Notes: generated by a model not told the origin, from the sequence alone. A DNA stretch of 62,039 nucleotides, filler included, from Sphacelaria rigidula (GCA_964200075.2; 11 parts of 11 records of this genome joined end to end with filler, not necessarily neighbours in it), one strand, 5' to 3'. Counted from the whole stretch's first letter, positions 11,750 to 23,833 are shown. Made by a program: numbers and translations.

Positions 11750-14700
11750 CCGTAAACTGTGCATGCAGAACACGAACACTCGAACAGCAGACGGAAACAC
11801 AAGGGAACATGCTGAAGGAATAACCAACGAAAAAATAGAGGAAGATATAGAGAGCAAGAAAATTATCAAATATAAACATGAATAGAGAGCGGAATTAGAA
11901 AACAGAGCGGACGCTACAAGCCAAGGAATGGAGGCAAGAGCCGACAGACACCGGTGTCGATTTCCTTGTATGCTCTCTCTCCTCATCCCTAGTCAGGAAC
12001 ATCGCGGGCCGCTCTACGGGCCATTTTCTTGTTTTCATGTGGAACTCGTCGCCGTGTCTTCCTTCCGTTGCTGTGCAAAAGGTGACCGCTCCCTTTTCGG
12101 GGCTCTCAAGGCAGCACCCTCTTACTTGAGATGTACGAAGTAGGTCGGATTGGCGAGAGCCCTCGAGTTGCCATGCCTCCTCGAACTGTTTCTGCCGCTT
12201 CTCGATCCCCGGGTATCCTTTGCCGGCTTTCTTTGAGGTAGTCACCCCCACTCTTGCACGTGTTTGACTTCAGCATCGTAAAGGAGCCACTGCCTCTCTT
12301 CTCCCTTGCGCTGAGCAGCCCCCCGGTGTTTCGGTGGTCGGCCAGTCCCCGTACGTCCTTGTGTAGGCAATCGCCCGAACATAATGCACTTCGGGAGAGG
12401 TTTTCGTCGTCCCAGACGAGGACCCCCGCGAACCGGAGTCGACCGTTGCGAAATGTCGTTTCAAGACGGTCGCATTTGGGCACGTTACGCACGGCTCTGC
12501 ACGAAGGACTCTTGTGTCTGATGGGATTCTTCCGGCGACAGCCAATCACATCGAGTACGAGCTTATGGCGGGCAGCACGCAGACTCGCAAAGTCCCTTAG
12601 ACGCACTCTTCGACGTAGCACATCGGTTTAGACAGTCTCTGCTGCCCCCGCTTTAAGCTGCCGGATCTTAAGCGGTAGCTGAGTCTTGTGTCGAGCGTCG
12701 AGTTGGGAACTATACTTCTTGAGGTGCGACCGCGCAGCCACCTTCTCGCATGTTCGTACAATATCCACCTGGGTTACGGAAATCCATCTAGGATGCCAAT
12801 CTGGGGTATCGATACCCATCTGAGATGTCCATTTCCACCTGAGATGTTCATGTGGGATCTCGCATCCATGTGCGCCATCCATCGGTGATATTAGATCCAC
12901 ATAGGATAGGACATCGATCTGGGATCTTGTGCCTTAGAGTTAGGGGTAGGACTAACATCAGGGTTAGGGTTAGCATCAGGCTTAGGTTTAGCGTTAACTT
13001 TAGTGTTGACGTTAGCCTTGGGGTTACGGTAAGCGTCAGGTGTCCCAGATGGATATGTTTAGTCCGGGTGTGAGTCCATCTAGCATATCCGAAGTTTAGA
13101 TTGACGTTTGAGATGGCTTGAATGCCCCAGATGGGCATCCCAGGTGGACATCCTAGAAGAATACCCGCATCCCACATGAATGTCCTCGATGGATATCCAC
13201 ATCATGGATTGATATCTCAGATGGACTTGGCATCCTAGATGGGCATTCGAGAGGGATATCCCAGATGGATATTCCAGAAAGATACCCCAGACGAGTATCC
13301 TAGAAAGATATCCTAGGCGGATCTTCCCGGTAGACATCGCACACGGATGCTTCAAGTGGGGATGATTATCCATGTGCTAGATGGATATCCATATCCCAGA
13401 TGGGCATACCAGGTGGACGTTCTATACGAATATTCTGGATGGATATCCATACTCCAGATGGATATCCATACCCTCGATGGACTCCGCATATAGATATCCA
13501 TATCCTAGATGGATAGCCCTGATGGATGTGAAATTGCGGATGGATATCGGAAACAAATACCCGTATCTCAGATAAACATCTCAGATGGATATGGCATCCC
13601 AGATGGATAGCCTGATATATGTGACATCCCAGATGGAGGCTGCACGATAATTGAGTTATCCCCATGCACATCTGATACGACGCGAGGGTTCTATGGGAAA
13701 ATTCGAGTGTTCGCTAATAGGACGCCCAAGGTAAGCACACGCGGTCGTCCGTGTGTGCCGTTTGTTCGTGTGTACCGTTGGTCTACCGTCTCAGTGCGCA
13801 GTGCTGTCCGTGGGAAGCTGAATGCAGAACACAGATGGATGTCCGATATCGCTCGTCAGACCTCCTGGATTGAGTCTGATTGATTTAATTGTCGCACTTT
13901 AATTGACCCCCCTGAGATCCAGCCGTGGTCACACGGTGGACAAAGGTACACACAGAGGGAACAGCACCAGGACTTACCACGTGTTCCCCCCGCCATCGCA
14001 GCACTAGCCTGGCCCGACGCCGCTTCACTTTACTGAGCGGACGGGATGTGGTGCTATCGACGTGGTATGGCCGTTTCTTTGTTCTCTCCTCTAAAGTTAT
14101 CATCCCCAGTCTTCGGCGCGTTATGTAGTCGCACCAAGTCTAAAACGATGTTGCAAAATCTCCGCAAAACAACCTTAACCTTCACTGCGGAGGAGGTGTT
14201 GAATAGCAGCGGAGAGGGAACGCATCCCTGTTTGAGACCCTGATAGGCTGGTCAATCACCCTGATGAGAGTCAGTCATCAATCAGCTGTGTACACGAGCT
14301 CACGTGACATCGTGGAACATACGAATCATCATCTTGGTGGAACTCCGAAGCCGGCACGCAAATCCACAGGAGCGTGCGGTCGACGGGTGGTACGCCTGCC
14401 CCAGATCAACGAAGCACATATGTTGCTCTCCCGCCCCAACTCCTACAGCCGGTGTTTGACGAAAACCGTATCGGTAGTCGGTACTCCGTCCTTGGCGCCG
14501 GAATGCGCAGTGTTCTCCCCGGAGGTCACGATGTCATGGAACGCATTTATCAGCATGTGCCACAAGGCAGAAGCCCCTACAGTCGCCGATGGTTACCAGG
14601 TTCGGTCGTAGTAATTTCTTTGTGTAGTACTTTGGGAATGGCGTCCTTCTACGCCTTCGGCCCCTTGCCACACGTCGGTACAACGTCTATCATGTTGTGG

Positions 14701-16500
14701 AGGTGACGCACGATGTTCGGAGGTTCCCCGGTCAATCCAGGTTCGACGAAGTTCGGCATGTATCCCATCTAACCCTGTCGCTTTGCCGTCAGAAATAGCG
14801 CCGTGGCTTTCAGTGCCTTTTGCGGATCATCGAGGATTGGCGAGCTCCACGCTATCCACCTTTAAGCAAGGGTGCGATCCTCTCGATGACAGCCGGGTCG
14901 AGAGTGACTGATGTTGTATTCAGCAAAAGCGAAGAAGCTCTGCTTGGAACTCTCATGGATCTGGTCCATCTACCGTAACGGTATTTTCTTCTCGTCCTCA
15001 ATGTGCTGCCCGCGCTTTCTTGTTCTTTCCTCTAACCCCATCCTTGTTTCAGACGCCCTCATCGGCCTCCTACGTATCCATTCATAATTCACCCCCCAAG
15101 TTTGTTTTCCTCGTACTTTATATACCCTCCACTGCCTCTCAGAACCAACTCGCATCACCCACTCGAGTCTTCTGCATGGTTCGCGCAATGCCCTCCTGGC
15201 AGGGCCTTGCTCGTTATCTCTCCTTCATTCTAACACCTTCTCGAACTTGGTTCGGGCCGCAGAATCCTGGGACCAGTCTCGCACAGGAAACGCCCGGGTC
15301 GGGCAGGAATCACCTGTTGCCCGCGGGCCTCAAGAGCGTATCGACAAGGTCGGTGGCCAAATAACCTATGAGATGTCCTGGTTCGCCCAGCGCGAGGGCG
15401 ATGACGATCGGCTACATTGCCCACTTCTGTCGGCGTCGGACACCATTACTCGCCGATCTATGCATGGGTACCCCATCGACAAGAGCTCGACGTCGTCTCT
15501 CGCGTGTGCACTTGCCAAGGACTCGTACCGTAAAGCACAAGACACTATGGTCTGAGTCCCGCGAGTTGGGTGGTTTCAGGTGGGCAGTGACATTTTCGAA
15601 CAAGACGGGGGTGGGCTTGCCTTGTGGAGGTTCAGCCAAGGCATTCCTTGTCCGCGTGACTGCTCGCAATACTGTTGAATTTGTGCAACGTGACTCCCGC
15701 GGGGGAGGAAAAAGTCATATTGACCAAGGCAAGCCAATTGTCACCTGCAAGTGGGGACAATGTAATGGCATTGCGGTTGTTGTCTCGAGAGTCCCTTCCG
15801 TACGTTCCTTCTGTTCGACGATCCTCCTCTTGTTCTTGCGCCGCAGTCCTAGCGTCAGCTTGTATCAAAACAAAAGGTGGTCATTGTTGGGTAGTCGGCT
15901 TACAGTGCCGTCAAACTCAGGCCAGTTCACTCCCCTTCCTTGCCCTGGCTTGGACACGTCTGCGAGAGCGTAAGCAACTACAAATGTGAAAACGCTTGAC
16001 TCGCCTGGCAAAATGAGAGTCATCAGCATGAAACGCTCGCTGATTGATGATCGAATCCTCGACCGCCGACCTAACCCCATGTCATCCCGCCCTTCCTTTG
16101 GCACCTTCCACCCAGAAGCAAAAGACATGATATCCCGCAGCAATGAGCGCAGTCACTACTGGTCTGCGCGTCTCCTTCAATCCGATAAGGTCACAATCAA
16201 TCACTTTGCACTTTGCAAAACCATCTCAACATGGCCAGCCCCGTTCTCTCCCGTGAGGGGCAACGCACGAAAACTAGCTCCAGCCATATGGTTAACTCGT
16301 TGTTTTATCCTCTTCTCGGATCGCCCCCCTCTTCTAACCTTCTGGCGCTTGTCATTTCGCTCCGGTTTTCCCTCGGACTGCCCACCATTGCACATATCTT
16401 CCAGTTCGTCTCACGGAAAGGGCACAGTTGTCCCAATCCGCGTCGGCCGATGTTCGCAGTCCGCTGAATTTTGTGTTTGCTAAATCGTGTCTCATTCCCA
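11750..16500 (-). mobile_element. Near full-length degenerate RTE-like LINE (APE endonuclease + RT), interrupted at ~12757-13665
   Basis: Endonuclease remnants (DARTAA..YGRD..LALVNMTF; SDHSVL at ~15550), RT motif QGLKQGCVPSPLLFN (~14200-14242), YLGRPISE..RRIRCAW (~13670-13730), C-terminal LRAARHKLVLDVIG..RLRFAGVLV. Many stops and frameshifts. Ends approximate. Confidence 0.8.
12757..13665. repeat. Degenerate minisatellite element (GATGGATATCCATATCCCA-type units) with an internal TTAGGG-like block at ~12935-13040
   Basis: Many short, partly palindromic GATATC/GATGG units flanking degenerate GGGTTA hexamers. Confidence 0.8.
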
Positions 16501-16761
16501 TCGATGCGTCTTCCGCAACGCCAGCAGTATTTCAACTCTGGTTCGAACGCCGCAGCTGTGTGGTCGAACTTGGATCTTATTACCGAGTAGAATCCTGCAG
16601 CTGCAGGATCAGAGGGGGTGATGGTGTCCCGGACGGTGTGGGTAATCAAGGCCTCGGTGTAGGCCGTATGGCGGTGTTAAGACGAAGGTGGGCGATAGCA
16701 TGTCGAGATTGGAGTAACATCATGTACCCTAGGGAGGCGCAACTTGGCGGGGAAGGGGGAA

Positions 16762-16847
16762 TAGGGGGTGGGGGGGGGGGGGGAGCCATTTGTTGCTTGT
16801 CTTTGTTGTTTGACCATTGCCCCCGCATCCCTTCGGAGGCGGAGAAA
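16762..16847 (-). mobile_element. LINE family A 3' end with C-tract
   Basis: Shared terminal motif next to a long G-run. Confidence 0.75.
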
Positions 16848-16947
16848 NNNNNNNNNNNNNNNNNNNNNNNNNNNNNNNNNNNNNNNNNNNNTTAATTAAT
16901 TAANNNNNNNNNNNNNNNNNNNNNNNNNNNNNNNNNNNNNNNNNNNN

Positions 16948-17150
16948 AAACCTTTTACATATCTTATCCCCGTCTTGTTTCGCCGTCGGTGGCCACCATC
17001 CATCTCCTAGTATAGCCATCGTTTTCTCGCTACTGTCTAGTGCAACAGACGATTTCATGCCACCTTCGTTCACGTCCTGCATTTCCCCCTCTACGACGTC
17101 CCGTTCCTCACTTCACCTTCTGCCACTATATGACTTCTACAGTCTGTTGC
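16948..17150 (-). mobile_element. LINE family A fragment
   Basis: Matches 31045-31240 (MAILGDGWWPPTAKQDGDKICKRF). Confidence 0.8.
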
Positions 17151-18162
17151 GGCCGGGAGGGGGAAAGAATACGTGAACAGCGTACTATATATTATTACAG
17201 TGTGCTCAGAATTCATGACAATTCGCACCCTGGAAAATGTCAATGGATTACATTGCCAACACGTGCACTTCGTGAAGTATAGAAACCATTGTCTATTGCA
17301 ATGGACGCAACAGTCGATACTGTGCGCAGTACGCTTCTTGATAATGTAATCTACTGCTCAGGGAGTAAAACAATTTCATGCCTTCGAGTGACTGACTGCA
17401 AAAAAAAACATTCATCTCTCTATATTTTTACATCAATAAAGGGGATAAAAGGGTGAAAGAGACCATTTCACCTGCCACACTTTCAGGTAGCCTTCGACGT
17501 CAAGGTACAGTACAGCCCAGGGAGAAGAAATAGACAATTTTGGGTGTACCTGCTGGGTTCGCGGATCAGGTATACCATGACGTCTCGGCCGACCAGTTGG
17601 CCGTATTTGCGGGAGTGTATGTTCCTACTGAACCTGTATCTAAAACTGTCGCAGGAGTGCTCGAATATACCTGAATGAGACAATTTCCTCCTTCGTTTAG
17701 AATCTTTCGACCACGACTGTGAAGATCTGGGAAATCTTCGCTGCAAGGACAACCGTCATACTTCACTGCCGCGCCCCGGTGCTATACATCATCCACCAGT
17801 TCGGGCATAGAGTGGTACTATGGTAGGGATGTATAGTTGTTCGCTGAGGCTCGACACTTTGGGAACCCTTCAATGACAACTATCTGGGCCTTAGTGTGCA
17901 GCCGGAGAAAACATGTGGACTAGAAAGTGAATCCCTACCGTGGTTGAAAGCAACAACGTTTGTTCGAACGTGTTTGTTTCAAAGAAAACACTCATTCCCA
18001 CGACACGACACCGTTTGCACCCAAGAACACATGCACCGCGAGTAGTCGGGTCGTCTGACACACCTTCGTGCCCCCGTTTTTCGTGTACTCAACCCCCCGT
18101 CCCCTCCCTCCCGTCCTATCGCAGCATCACTCACAGTACGCCTAGCTCATAATTTTCATCAC

Positions 18163-18267
18163 CTCGAAGTCCAGACTGGCCAAAACCGGGTTTTCCCCCA
18201 GCTTCCTCATGCCTCGCACCTCCAGTCGGACGTGCTCCGAGAAATCGATGTCGTCAAACACCACAGA
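18163..18267 (-). CDS. C2-domain protein exon (second half of C2)
   Basis: SVVFDDIDFSEHVRLEVRGMRKLGENPVLASLDFE. Phase-0 join to NPVWDQ. TGCAG acceptor. Donor position uncertain. Confidence 0.7.
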
Positions 18268-18550
18268 CTGCATTCCGAACCCCGACACAAACAAGGACAG
18301 GGCGCCACACGTACCGCAAACGAACGGACGCGACAAATGAGCAACAATGAAGGTAGAGATGCATCCCTATCCTTAGACCTGTCGGGGTCAACAGAAACTT
18401 ACCCATGTGCACGTCAACGGGTCAATATTCGTAGTTCCATGCCGTCTCGGTCGGGCTCGTTTGCGCATATTTCTACTTGTTTTTAGTGCAGCGTCTTCAC
18501 CCGGTAGATTGCAGGTCACGTAAAATAAGGGGTTAAACCACTGTCCTTAG

Positions 18551-18829
18551 CCCTTTCGGGGCCGGATTGCCACTAACTAGGGGAGAGGACCTGGTCTACA
18601 CGCAGGGTTCATTTTATGATTCAACATCATTTCCAATCGTTTCCCAGTGAAATGATGCCAATCCACAACGGGACCCTCCCCACCCCCCCCTCCCGACTGC
18701 GAGCCTTTCCAGCGAAAACTCGGCGTGCTCCGTCCTGGCTTTGCAGGGATGCGAGGTCAATGGTCATATGACTACGGCATGCAAGATTACGAGTACCCCC
18801 CCAGTGAGTTCACTAAGGTCCCAAGAGGG
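18551..18829. mobile_element. piggyBac-type MITE interrupted by a LINE family B 3' fragment (~18691-18802)
   Basis: CCCTTT..GAGGG ends with TTAG/TTGA flanks. Collinear with the uninterrupted copy at 60279-60438. Confidence 0.7.
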
Positions 18830-19281
18830 TTGAGCAACCAGTATCTCCTTGTTCCTATGCAAACACAGGGGGTATCAACGTGTTTTTTGGCTGACGGGCT
18901 TTCATGGGAAAGCGCCGCGCCCCGCGCCCCGGTGTAATTCAAAATGATAGAAATGGAATCGAGGCGGGTTTGTCCCAGTTCGGCGCCAAAATATCAATGG
19001 TTGGCACATTTTTTGAAACTCGTTAAAAAGCATCCCTGACCCTTACTTACCCCCGAACCCGAGGCATTCCAATTTTGGTACTGTACACTACCCATATTCT
19101 CACGATTTCAACACCGGAAACAACATCCTTCTGTTCTTCAGAAAAATAAAAACTTTTGATATGCACCTTCAAGGGTTTCGATCTCACATTTCCACCCCAC
19201 CTAACGGCTTCGGTTGAACCACTGAGCGTGGCGGCGACCGTATGCCGGTCACCTACGCGCTCAAAAATGCCTCCTCCGTAC

Positions 19282-19464
19282 CTGATCCCACACTGGATTT
19301 CGCGATTTTCGAGCTCTGATGGTGTCCTGCCGCTGGCCGTCAGGATCATTCGGCAGATACACAGAGGCAATCGTGTCCCATGCTCCAGCTGCATCTCCCT
19401 GCGCCTCTCGACCCTGGGCCAGGCCTAGGTGTGCTTCGTAGATGTGGATCTTCAGCCGAAATGT
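19282..19464 (-). CDS. C2-domain protein exon (first half of C2)
   Basis: TFRLKIHIYEAHLGL..SVYLPNDPDGQRQDTIRARKSRNPVWDQ with the C2-type NPxW motif. GCAG acceptor, GTACGG donor, 183 bp. Confidence 0.75.
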
Positions 19465-19729
19465 CTGCGCGCGGCATCGAACGCGCGGGGTCGTAATGAG
19501 AGTCACAGTTAGGTTTCCGCATGCCATCGAAAAATGCGGTTATCATGCCACCTGAATCGGAAAATAAAGGAACAGGGAAGACCTCTCAATCAACCCATAC
19601 TTGGTGAGCATAAGCTCGGGCCGAGCCGCAGCCACTACGGCGCAGCTGAGCGAGCGGTATAGTAGTAGTACAAGCACTACAGAGTACAGTCCGCGGTACA
19701 ACACAGTATAATACTGCCAATTCATGAAC

Positions 19730-19957
19730 CTCGAGGGCGCGAAGAAGCATTTCAGAATAATATTTCCGGCTGCCGTTGAATGCCGATAATCCCGACGCTG
19801 TGTGGTGGTTGAGCAGCTCCTCTCTGTTTACGAGGGCTAACTCTTTTTCCCGAGGACCGCCCCCCAAGGACAAGTTCCCATGTCATACCGCGTTGTGGAT
19901 AGATGAGAATCAAGCAACTGGCTTTCGTATATCCCCGGCGTTCCGCCTAGGACCAAT
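19730..19957 (-). pseudogene. Probable upstream exon of the C2 gene, with two in-frame TGA codons
   Basis: Phase-0 donor GAG|GTTCAT gives MLLRALE-TFRLK. The frame from the CAG acceptor near 19958 contains two TGAs. Confidence 0.35.
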
Positions 19958-20029
19958 CTGCGGCATTACAAGCACAAGGTATAACCGCCGTTGCTCTGCT
20001 GTTTAGTATCATTTATTTTTCCATTACAC

Positions 20030-20330
20030 TGGTAACCCCTACCCTTCCTCGAGACGAATCCGAGGTTTCAAGGAACCGACCCATGTTTCACCAGGTACAC
20101 GCCCTGCATTTCGGTATCAACGCGGATTGGATCATGACTATCAGCACTCCCGCACCGCGTCGACTTCGATCAAACAAACTCGTATGTGCTGCTCGCGCCC
20201 TCACAACGTCAACGATGGAAATCATACGACGTATACTCCTCGGAAAAAAAAAAAATGCACTTGCCCGAGAAATGAACCCAAGATCTTTCGATCTATTTGG
20301 TTCCCAAGTCATTTTAATTTAACGGCTGGG
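20030..20330 (-). mobile_element. tRNA-derived SINE copy
   Basis: Body homologous to 29672-29995 and 37245-37545 (CGCGGATTGGATCATG core). Confidence 0.6.
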
Positions 20331-20499
20331 GCGCAGCGGCATGCTGCCAACGTGTCCAGCAATTATTATTATTATTATTATCATATTCGTCACATTAGCT
20401 CGATCACTCGAACCCATGGTCACCGAGTGCGTATCCAGCTATGGCCACCGATAACTAACCTTAGATTAGCAGCGAGAACAGCACAACAACGTGGATATT

Positions 20500-21105
20500 T
20501 CGACCGAAATCAACCGCCGCATCAGCGCTGCGTGACCACTCCTGCGAACGTACACCTCCCTACTACACGGTCGACACAACGAACATGTACCTCTGAAAAT
20601 CTGGCCGCCCAAAGCGGAGGACGTGGAAGCTATGCTGTACGCATGTTCTACATGGACGCTGCGTCTCGAGGACTTCGAGAGTCAACGCGCGGCCCCTCCC
20701 CAGCTTTTGCCACGAGTGGTTGGATTTCGCACGGGAAAGCGAATTGACAAAATATTCTCTGGTGCAGAGATGTGCTGGAGATGACCAGCTGCGAAGGTAT
20801 CGAAACGGTCCGCAAGCATCAACTCTGGTCCGTCGGGGACCTTGCCAGACAGGGCAAAACGTCTTTCGCATGGAATCACGTTGGGACGGTTAACCGCACA
20901 AGGGCCCAAGGAGGCTGGCTGGCTGGCCCCACAAGCACTGGGGGGACCGCCTCCAGGAGAACCTGAGTGCACTACGGGACCTTCCACGCAAGGGAGCACG
21001 GAGGAGATGGTTCGCGTGCGGTGTGAAGGTCAAAGACGCACACGAGTAGGTCATTGCGGCGAAGGACATGGGCAAATGGCATCTTGAAGTCGAGAAAGGA
21101 GCGGA
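20500..21105 (+). mobile_element. RTE-like LINE 3' fragment
   Basis: Frameshifted LKIWPPKAEDVEAMLYACSTWTLR..LEMTSCEGIETVRKHQLW, similar to the C-terminal parts at 12100-12700 and 50100-50690. Confidence 0.7.
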
Positions 21106-21111
21106 AGATTT

Positions 21112-22346
21112 CAAGGGCAGGTCGAGTAGAGTATGTACTTTTGAGCACGCGAGTAAAATACCCGAGTATTTACTCTACTCAAATTTCAAGTAGGTCGAGC
21201 ACGGCCTCAAATACTCGACTCAGATTTTGAGTTTATTGAGTACGACCTCCACTAATCTACTCAAATATTGAGTAAGCACTCTCAGTAATACTCGAGTATA
21301 GATTATCACTTGGGTATGGCCTCAACACTCTTCTCAAATTTTGAGTAGGTCGAGTACGGCCTTCAATACTCTAATCAGATACCGAGTAAGCACTCTCAGT
21401 AACACTAGAGTACAGAGTATCGCTTGGGTATGATGAGCAACCGTAACCGTCGGTGATTTCGTGACGTCACTTCATAGACTATGTCGAATACATGGGCGAA
21501 CGATGGCCATCAGTTATATGAGTAGCGGTACGTCACGGGCTACAAAGAGTATGAGCGAAAGATGGCCATCAAAAACAAAAAAGCGCGCAGACGAACGAAC
21601 CTGCCTGCCCCAGCTCATCTGCTCCCACCCATGGCAGTACATACTTGATACCTTTCAAGCCCTTCGATATCACTTTCAGTACAGAGCGCTACTCATCATC
21701 ATTGAGTAATCGACTAGACTGGTTGTCGGGCAGGTATTTTGAAAATGAGCGACTCTACTGGCCGCGCATGTGACTCCTCCATGGGAAAGTCAGCGGCGGT
21801 ACATCGGGTCCAGCCTTCGATACTCTACCCAACTTTCGGCTAGATTGGGTATGACCTCAAACACTCTACTCAAACTTTGGGTAGACTGAGTATGACCTAA
21901 ACTACTCTGCTCAAACTTTGAGTAGATTGAATATGACCTCAAACACTCTGCTCAATTTTTGAGTAGATTGAACATGACATCGAATACTCGACTCAATTTT
22001 TGAGCAGGTCAAGTACGGCCTCAAATACTCTACTCACATTTTGAGTAGGTCGAGTACGGCCTCAAATACTCTACCCAAAAATTGAGTCGATTGAGTACGA
22101 CCTCCAATACTCCACTAAAATATTGAGTATGCACTCTCAGTAATACTTGAGAAAAAGAGTATCACTTGGGTATAACCTCAACACTCTACTCAATATTTGA
22201 GTAGGTCGAGTACGGCCTCAAATGCTCTACTCGAAATTTGAGTAGGTTGAGTACGGCCTCCAATACTCTTCACAAAAATTGAGTACTAAAAGTATGACTC
22301 TTCGAAAATACTGACTGTCGAGTATACTCTACTCGATCTGCTCTTA
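21112..22346. mobile_element. Non-autonomous TIR element with 41-bp tandem-repeat arms
   Basis: 23-bp TIR CAAGGGCAGGTCGAGTAGAGTAT / TAAGAGCAGATCGAGTAGAGTAT. Arrays at ~21120-21430 and ~21820-22340 surround a unique core. No clear TSD. Confidence 0.8.
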
Positions 22347-22596
22347 GGCTGCTTCTTATAGACTGAAAAAAAATCTGTCTGAAAACCGCCCTTTTGAACC
22401 TTTTATCACGGATTATTGGCGGAATACGGGCCTTGGCGGATTTGGCCTCCTCGGAAAGATTTGCTCAATTTTTTACGAGGATTCCAGCAGGCTTGTNNNN
22501 NNNNNNNNNNNNNNNNNNNNNNNNNNNNNNNNNNNNNNNNTTAATTAATTAANNNNNNNNNNNNNNNNNNNNNNNNNNNNNNNNNNNNNNNNNNNN

Positions 22597-22775
22597 AACT
22601 CACCCTTCGTGCGACTCGCCGGACACACCACGGCGCTTCGCGCTTGGTGATTGAGTACGAGTCTGGTCCGGCGAAAACCCGGCGTGCTCCGTCCCGACTT
22701 AGTAGGGATGCGAGGTCAATGGTCTTATGACTGTATGGCATGCATGGTCATGAGTACACCCCTCCCCTTCCCCTT
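22597..22775 (+). mobile_element. LINE family B 3' end with C-tract
   Basis: Same terminal motif ..GCATGGTCATGAGTAC + C-rich run. Confidence 0.7.
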
Positions 22776-22808
22776 CCATATGTTATGTGGCGCATGGAAG
22801 AAACTTAA

Positions 22809-22908
22809 CCCTTGGACCGCGATGCGGGTAGTCCATCTGAATCACGCGTACTTTTTCAAGTGAAATTGATGGCTACTCCGCAAGTGACCTACCCTCGCGG
22901 TCAAAGAG
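22809..22908. mobile_element. piggyBac-type MITE, 100-bp family
   Basis: TTAA-CCCTTGGACCGCG..CGCGGTCAAAGAG-TTAA. Homologous to 43046-43145 and 45448-45545. Confidence 0.8.
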
Positions 22909-22912
22909 TTAA

Positions 22913-23033
22913 CCCTTTTGGAACCCATTGACGGTTTTTGCTCTTGTGAATCGGCATCATTTTCAGTCATTTTCAAGTCAATATGATGATGCCGATTCAC
23001 GAAAACAGAAATCGTCAATGGGTTCCAAAAGGG
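22913..23033. mobile_element. piggyBac-type MITE, 121-bp near-palindrome
   Basis: TTAA-CCCTTTTGGAACCCATTGACG..CGTCAATGGGTTCCAAAAGGG-TTAT. Confidence 0.8.
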
Positions 23034-23037
23034 TTAT

Positions 23038-23680
23038 TGAGCGTCCACATGTTGGAGGTGTCTGTCTCTATAGGAGCAGGAACAGTGCTCCGTCTCGAAA
23101 GGGATGCGTGGTCAATTGTCAAGTGACTAAGGCAAGCGACAAGTTATTACGTACCCCCCTCGCGCTCCCACCCCCCCCCCCCNNNNNNNNNNGGGCAAAA
23201 GCAACGCACCAAGTTTTCCCCCCCCCCCCCCCCCCCCCCCCCCGCCCCCCTACGGCATGCAAGGCCATGAGTAACCCCCCCCCACCGCACCCACGGTGCT
23301 CCGTCGAGAGGGACGCGTGGTCAATGGTCAAACGACGAAGGCAAGAATCAAATGAATGAGTACGCCACTGGGTAGTAACTTGCCACTGAGGCGCTTGATA
23401 TCCCTGAGTAGGATATCCACGTGAAGCTGCAAGCACACGGGAATGATGAAGGCAAAGAAATACACACAGAGAACGTAAGATTGGCTAAGTTAAAGCGAAT
23501 GATCAAAGCCGCTCTCAATCCGCGCTCTACTCTCAATCTCACGAAAATATTGTTAGCTGTCTCCGTTAGGGGTAAGAACGGTGCTCCGTCTCGAATAAAT
23601 GCGTGGTCAATGGTCGAACGACTAAGTCAAGCGACAAATGAGCACGCCGCCCCCCGCTTCCCCCCCCCCCCTCCCTGATA
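23038..23680 (+). mobile_element. Cluster of LINE family A/B 3' ends separated by C-tracts
   Basis: Copies at ~23038-23182, 23251-23290, 23293-23365 and 23565-23675. Confidence 0.75.
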
Positions 23681-23833
23681 CCTCCCTTCCCATCGTCTGC
23701 CTCGGGACGAGCTCGCAGAGGTAGTAGTCTTAGGTGGAAAATCAACGTGACCGACTTATATTTCCCGCTCTTGTCTGTTTGTGTCTGCTCTGCATCAACG
23801 GCAATTCGTTTGTCCTTTGACGCTTCCATGTAG

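Noticed and set aside
12935..13040. True telomere
   Set aside because: Short, degenerate and internal to a repeat element
21820..22340. CRISPR-like regular repeats (also 25270-27235)
   Set aside because: Contiguous tandem units without unique spacers, no cas genes, eukaryotic context
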